A stretch of 64,000 nt of DNA, from NCBI RefSeq assembly GCF_006345805.1, contig NC_043013.1, forward strand, positions 11,346,001-11,410,000, in the 5' to 3' direction. This document shows positions 60,610 through 64,000 of the stretch, piece by piece (within the stretch, counting starts at the first letter, position 1; every line of letters begins with the position of its first letter). Under the pieces are notes generated by a model, which did no database searches, had not been told where the DNA came from, and saw nothing but the letters and a program-made list of their open reading frames with translations. The DNA is from Octopus sinensis (Eukaryota). A program made the position numbers and the translations under genes.

Positions 60610-60674
60610 TTTACCTAGTTATCTCCCCTACTTTACTTCTCGTGGGTGACCCTTCTGTCCGGGACTAGTCGCCA

Positions 60675-60860
60675 TGATAGATCGTTAGCCACTGCACACA
60701 TTTTTTTCTCTCCTTGATTTTTTTGTGTCCCTTTCTGTAGAAGAGCGTAAGCTCGAAACGTAAAATACTTTTTCTATTCCTGAGCGTTATACTAATACAC
60801 CTGTTTGTTTTGTACACCACCAGTCTTCGTCTTTTGTTTTATTTTCGTAAACTCTCACTA
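60675..60860 (+). mobile_element. Second copy of the 11268-11460 repeat
   Basis: Homologous; contains ttt-CTGTAGA-a-gagc(gtaa)gctc-GAAA-cgta-aaa at 60732-60765. Confidence 0.6.
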
Positions 60861-61804
60861 TATACATATATATATATATATGTGTATGTATGTATGTATG
60901 TATGTATGTATGTATGTATGTATGTATATATATATGCATATATATATAAAATGTGAAAAATACATACAAAGATACACATATGTATGCATATATATTATTG
61001 GCAGAAGCAGAGCTATTTGGTAGAGAACTTAGCTCAACAAAAACGTGTGTCGTTTTCTTTCCCATTGCATGGCATTTTGACCAGTAGCTTTCTCCTTGGG
61101 CAGAACGAGAAATTCCGATTGAATTAGATACACGGTAACCGCGTGGAAATGCGTAGCACCAGGGTCCGTGTATGTGTGTGTGTTCGTGCTTATGTGTGCG
61201 AGTGTGTGCGTTTGGGTGGGATGAGGTAAATTTGCGTGTATATACGAGTGTATATTTACGTTAGTCATCATCTGCATCTTGGCATTCGATGTTTGTTTGC
61301 TTATGTGCACATAATTTGGTGACTCGACAAAAAATGGTGGAAGATTATATAGCGGCTTTAGTATAAATACTGTCGCAGATTTGTCCGATGTCACCCTCAT
61401 AGGAAGAGGCTCTAACACGGATAGTCTCCAATGAATGAACTTAATAAAACTATTGATATACACATATGCATACATACTCACACATTGTGATCATATTTAT
61501 ATATGTATATGAATACAAATACACACAGACACGCACACGCACGCGCGCACACACACACACACATACATATATATATACATTTATAAAGACACACATATAT
61601 ATATGTATATATATGCATATATATTTACATATACATATACACACATATACAAAAGTATATATAGATACATATATATATAATTATATATATATATTTATAT
61701 ATATATATAGGTGTTTATTCATATAGGTATATATTATATACATACTCACATTCGCTCGTATATGTGTAGGTTTCCGTATCTTCGGTGATATGTAAGTATG
61801 TATG

Positions 61805-61835
<31 letters not shown>

Positions 61836-61998
61836 ATACATATATATACATATATATATATACATATATATATACATATAGATATATACATGTACATATA
61901 TATATACATAAGGAAACATATTCGAATATATATGTGTGTATGTGTGTGTGTGTACGTGCGTGTGTATATACATATACGCAGAGAATGAGAGACGAAGC

Positions 61999-62032
<34 letters not shown>

Positions 62033-62163
62033 AAGTGAAAGAGTAGAAAGATAAAGAGATAGGAAGTGAAAGAGTAGATCTTCATTGACAATATTAATGC
62101 AAAGAGAAAATTATGCTAAACAGCAACAACAACAATCAAAACGCCATTAACTATCGAGAACAC

Positions 62164-62231
<68 letters not shown>

Positions 62232-62251
62232 TATTATTATTATTATTATTA

Positions 62252-62294
<43 letters not shown>

Positions 62295-62528
62295 GGTAGT
62301 AGTATTTGTAATTTTATTTCATTTTATTTCATTTTATTTTATTTTATTTTATTTTACAGCAAAAAAGGAATGAGCGAGCGCAAACGAAACTTTAATCTGT
62401 TGTGGTGTTAGAAATTTTTCAATCGATTAATGCTAATGTCACCCTGAAATGTATATATTAAAGGATATATATTTTATTATTATCTTCTATTTTATTCATT
62501 ACTGTTTTATATTTATTGATATATATAC

Positions 62529-62596
<68 letters not shown>

Positions 62597-63437
62597 TTGT
62601 ATATATATGTATATTATGTATGTATATTTATATTTATTTTATATATTTCTGTTTATCTCCTCATTTTGATATGAAGCGAAACTAATATCACTACATAATT
62701 AACTATATCAACATTGACTCCTTTTACGATTCGTAAATCGTCTTGCTCATATTTTCCCCATAATTTTAGCGAGTTGTTTGTTGACTCTTTATGTTTGTTC
62801 GTTCGTTCGATCGTTCGTTTGTTTGCTTGTTTGTTTATTTGTTGTTGTTTTTTTAGTTTATTTGGCTTACGTGTGTTTGTTTGTTTGTTTTTCTTTTTGT
62901 CTTTTGTTTCATTTGCCGCGAAAAATGTGACGTTCCTCTCCAATGATTTTTAGCTGACATCGGATACGTCATCTAACATTGAATAACGACAGAAGTGCCA
63001 ACAGTGAAAAAGCCTACAAGGTTGTGCGGATATAGGTGTAATACGTGTGTGCATGCAATATATGTAAAGAGGTATGTGTATGTATGTATTTATGTACCCG
63101 TGTATGTATCTAGGTATGTATGTATGCTTCTATCTCTATATGTATATTGGTACGCATTCATGTATGCTCGTGTGAATGTATCTATGTATCAACGTATATA
63201 TGCACAAGAGTGTATGTATATGTATGTAATATTTGTGTATGTATCTATGTATCTTTATTTGTATCGGTTTATATATGTATGTAGATGTGTGCATGTTTTA
63301 TGGGTAGGTGTATATATACACGTATATACGCATATGTGCATGCGTGAATGTGTATGTGTAGATGTATGCATGCATTTATTGGATATAATTGTACTTATTC
63401 ATATATGTGTACATGTCAATGTATATCTATCTATCTG

Positions 63438-63474
<37 letters not shown>

Positions 63475-63475
63475 A

Positions 63476-63507
<32 letters not shown>

Positions 63508-63622
63508 CATCTGTGTATATATATACATGCATGCAAGCACGTGAGTATGTATTTATATATTTATACATATGTACTATGAACATACTTATGTATGTATGCG
63601 TATATATATATTTATGTATATA

Positions 63623-63662
<40 letters not shown>

Positions 63663-63690
63663 CATAATAATATATATATATATATGTGTA

Positions 63691-63731
<41 letters not shown>

Positions 63732-64000
63732 ATATATATATATATACCTGTGAGTACTTAAAAATCTATGATGGCATATATGTAACTATATAGCCATGTG
63801 TGTGTATATGTATTTATATATGTACGTAAGTACGTGTGTATATTTTATTCGTCGTTGTATGTGTGTGTTTGTGCGTTTGTATGTATGATTTATATTTATA
63901 CATACGCATGTGTACATGTATATATGTATTTCAACCTCTCTGTAAGTAGATGTATATGCTTACGTATGATTGATTTGAAACGAATGTATATGTGTAACAT

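Overview
AT-rich, microsatellite-saturated eukaryotic DNA. The SINE families, LINE clades and repeat density suggest an octopus (coleoid cephalopod) genome; this is an inference from family recognition, not a database match. Nearly all ORFs in the supplied track are translations of simple repeats. No multi-exon host gene can be built with confidence. The best host-gene candidate is a minus-strand terminal exon (GVDKICVRWNYDPSFKT*, with 3'UTR and AATAAA) present twice in a 679-bp tandem duplication. The rest is mobile DNA: three tRNA-derived SINE families (modular, CORE-type, V-domain); an R4/Dong LINE with a near-intact RT C-terminus, CCHC and restriction-like endonuclease, inserted in a (TAA)n tract; CR1-group and RTE LINE ends; Penelope GIY-YIG relics; mariner/Tc1/rosa-like, piggyBac-like and 8-bp-TSD MITEs; a Helitron helicase relic; a possible Polinton polB relic; and a dispersed GC-rich 28S rRNA fragment. 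The most notable structure is a 156-bp-arm palindrome (10911-11237) carrying a minimal hammerhead-ribozyme motif on each strand. Boundaries of degenerate elements are approximate.
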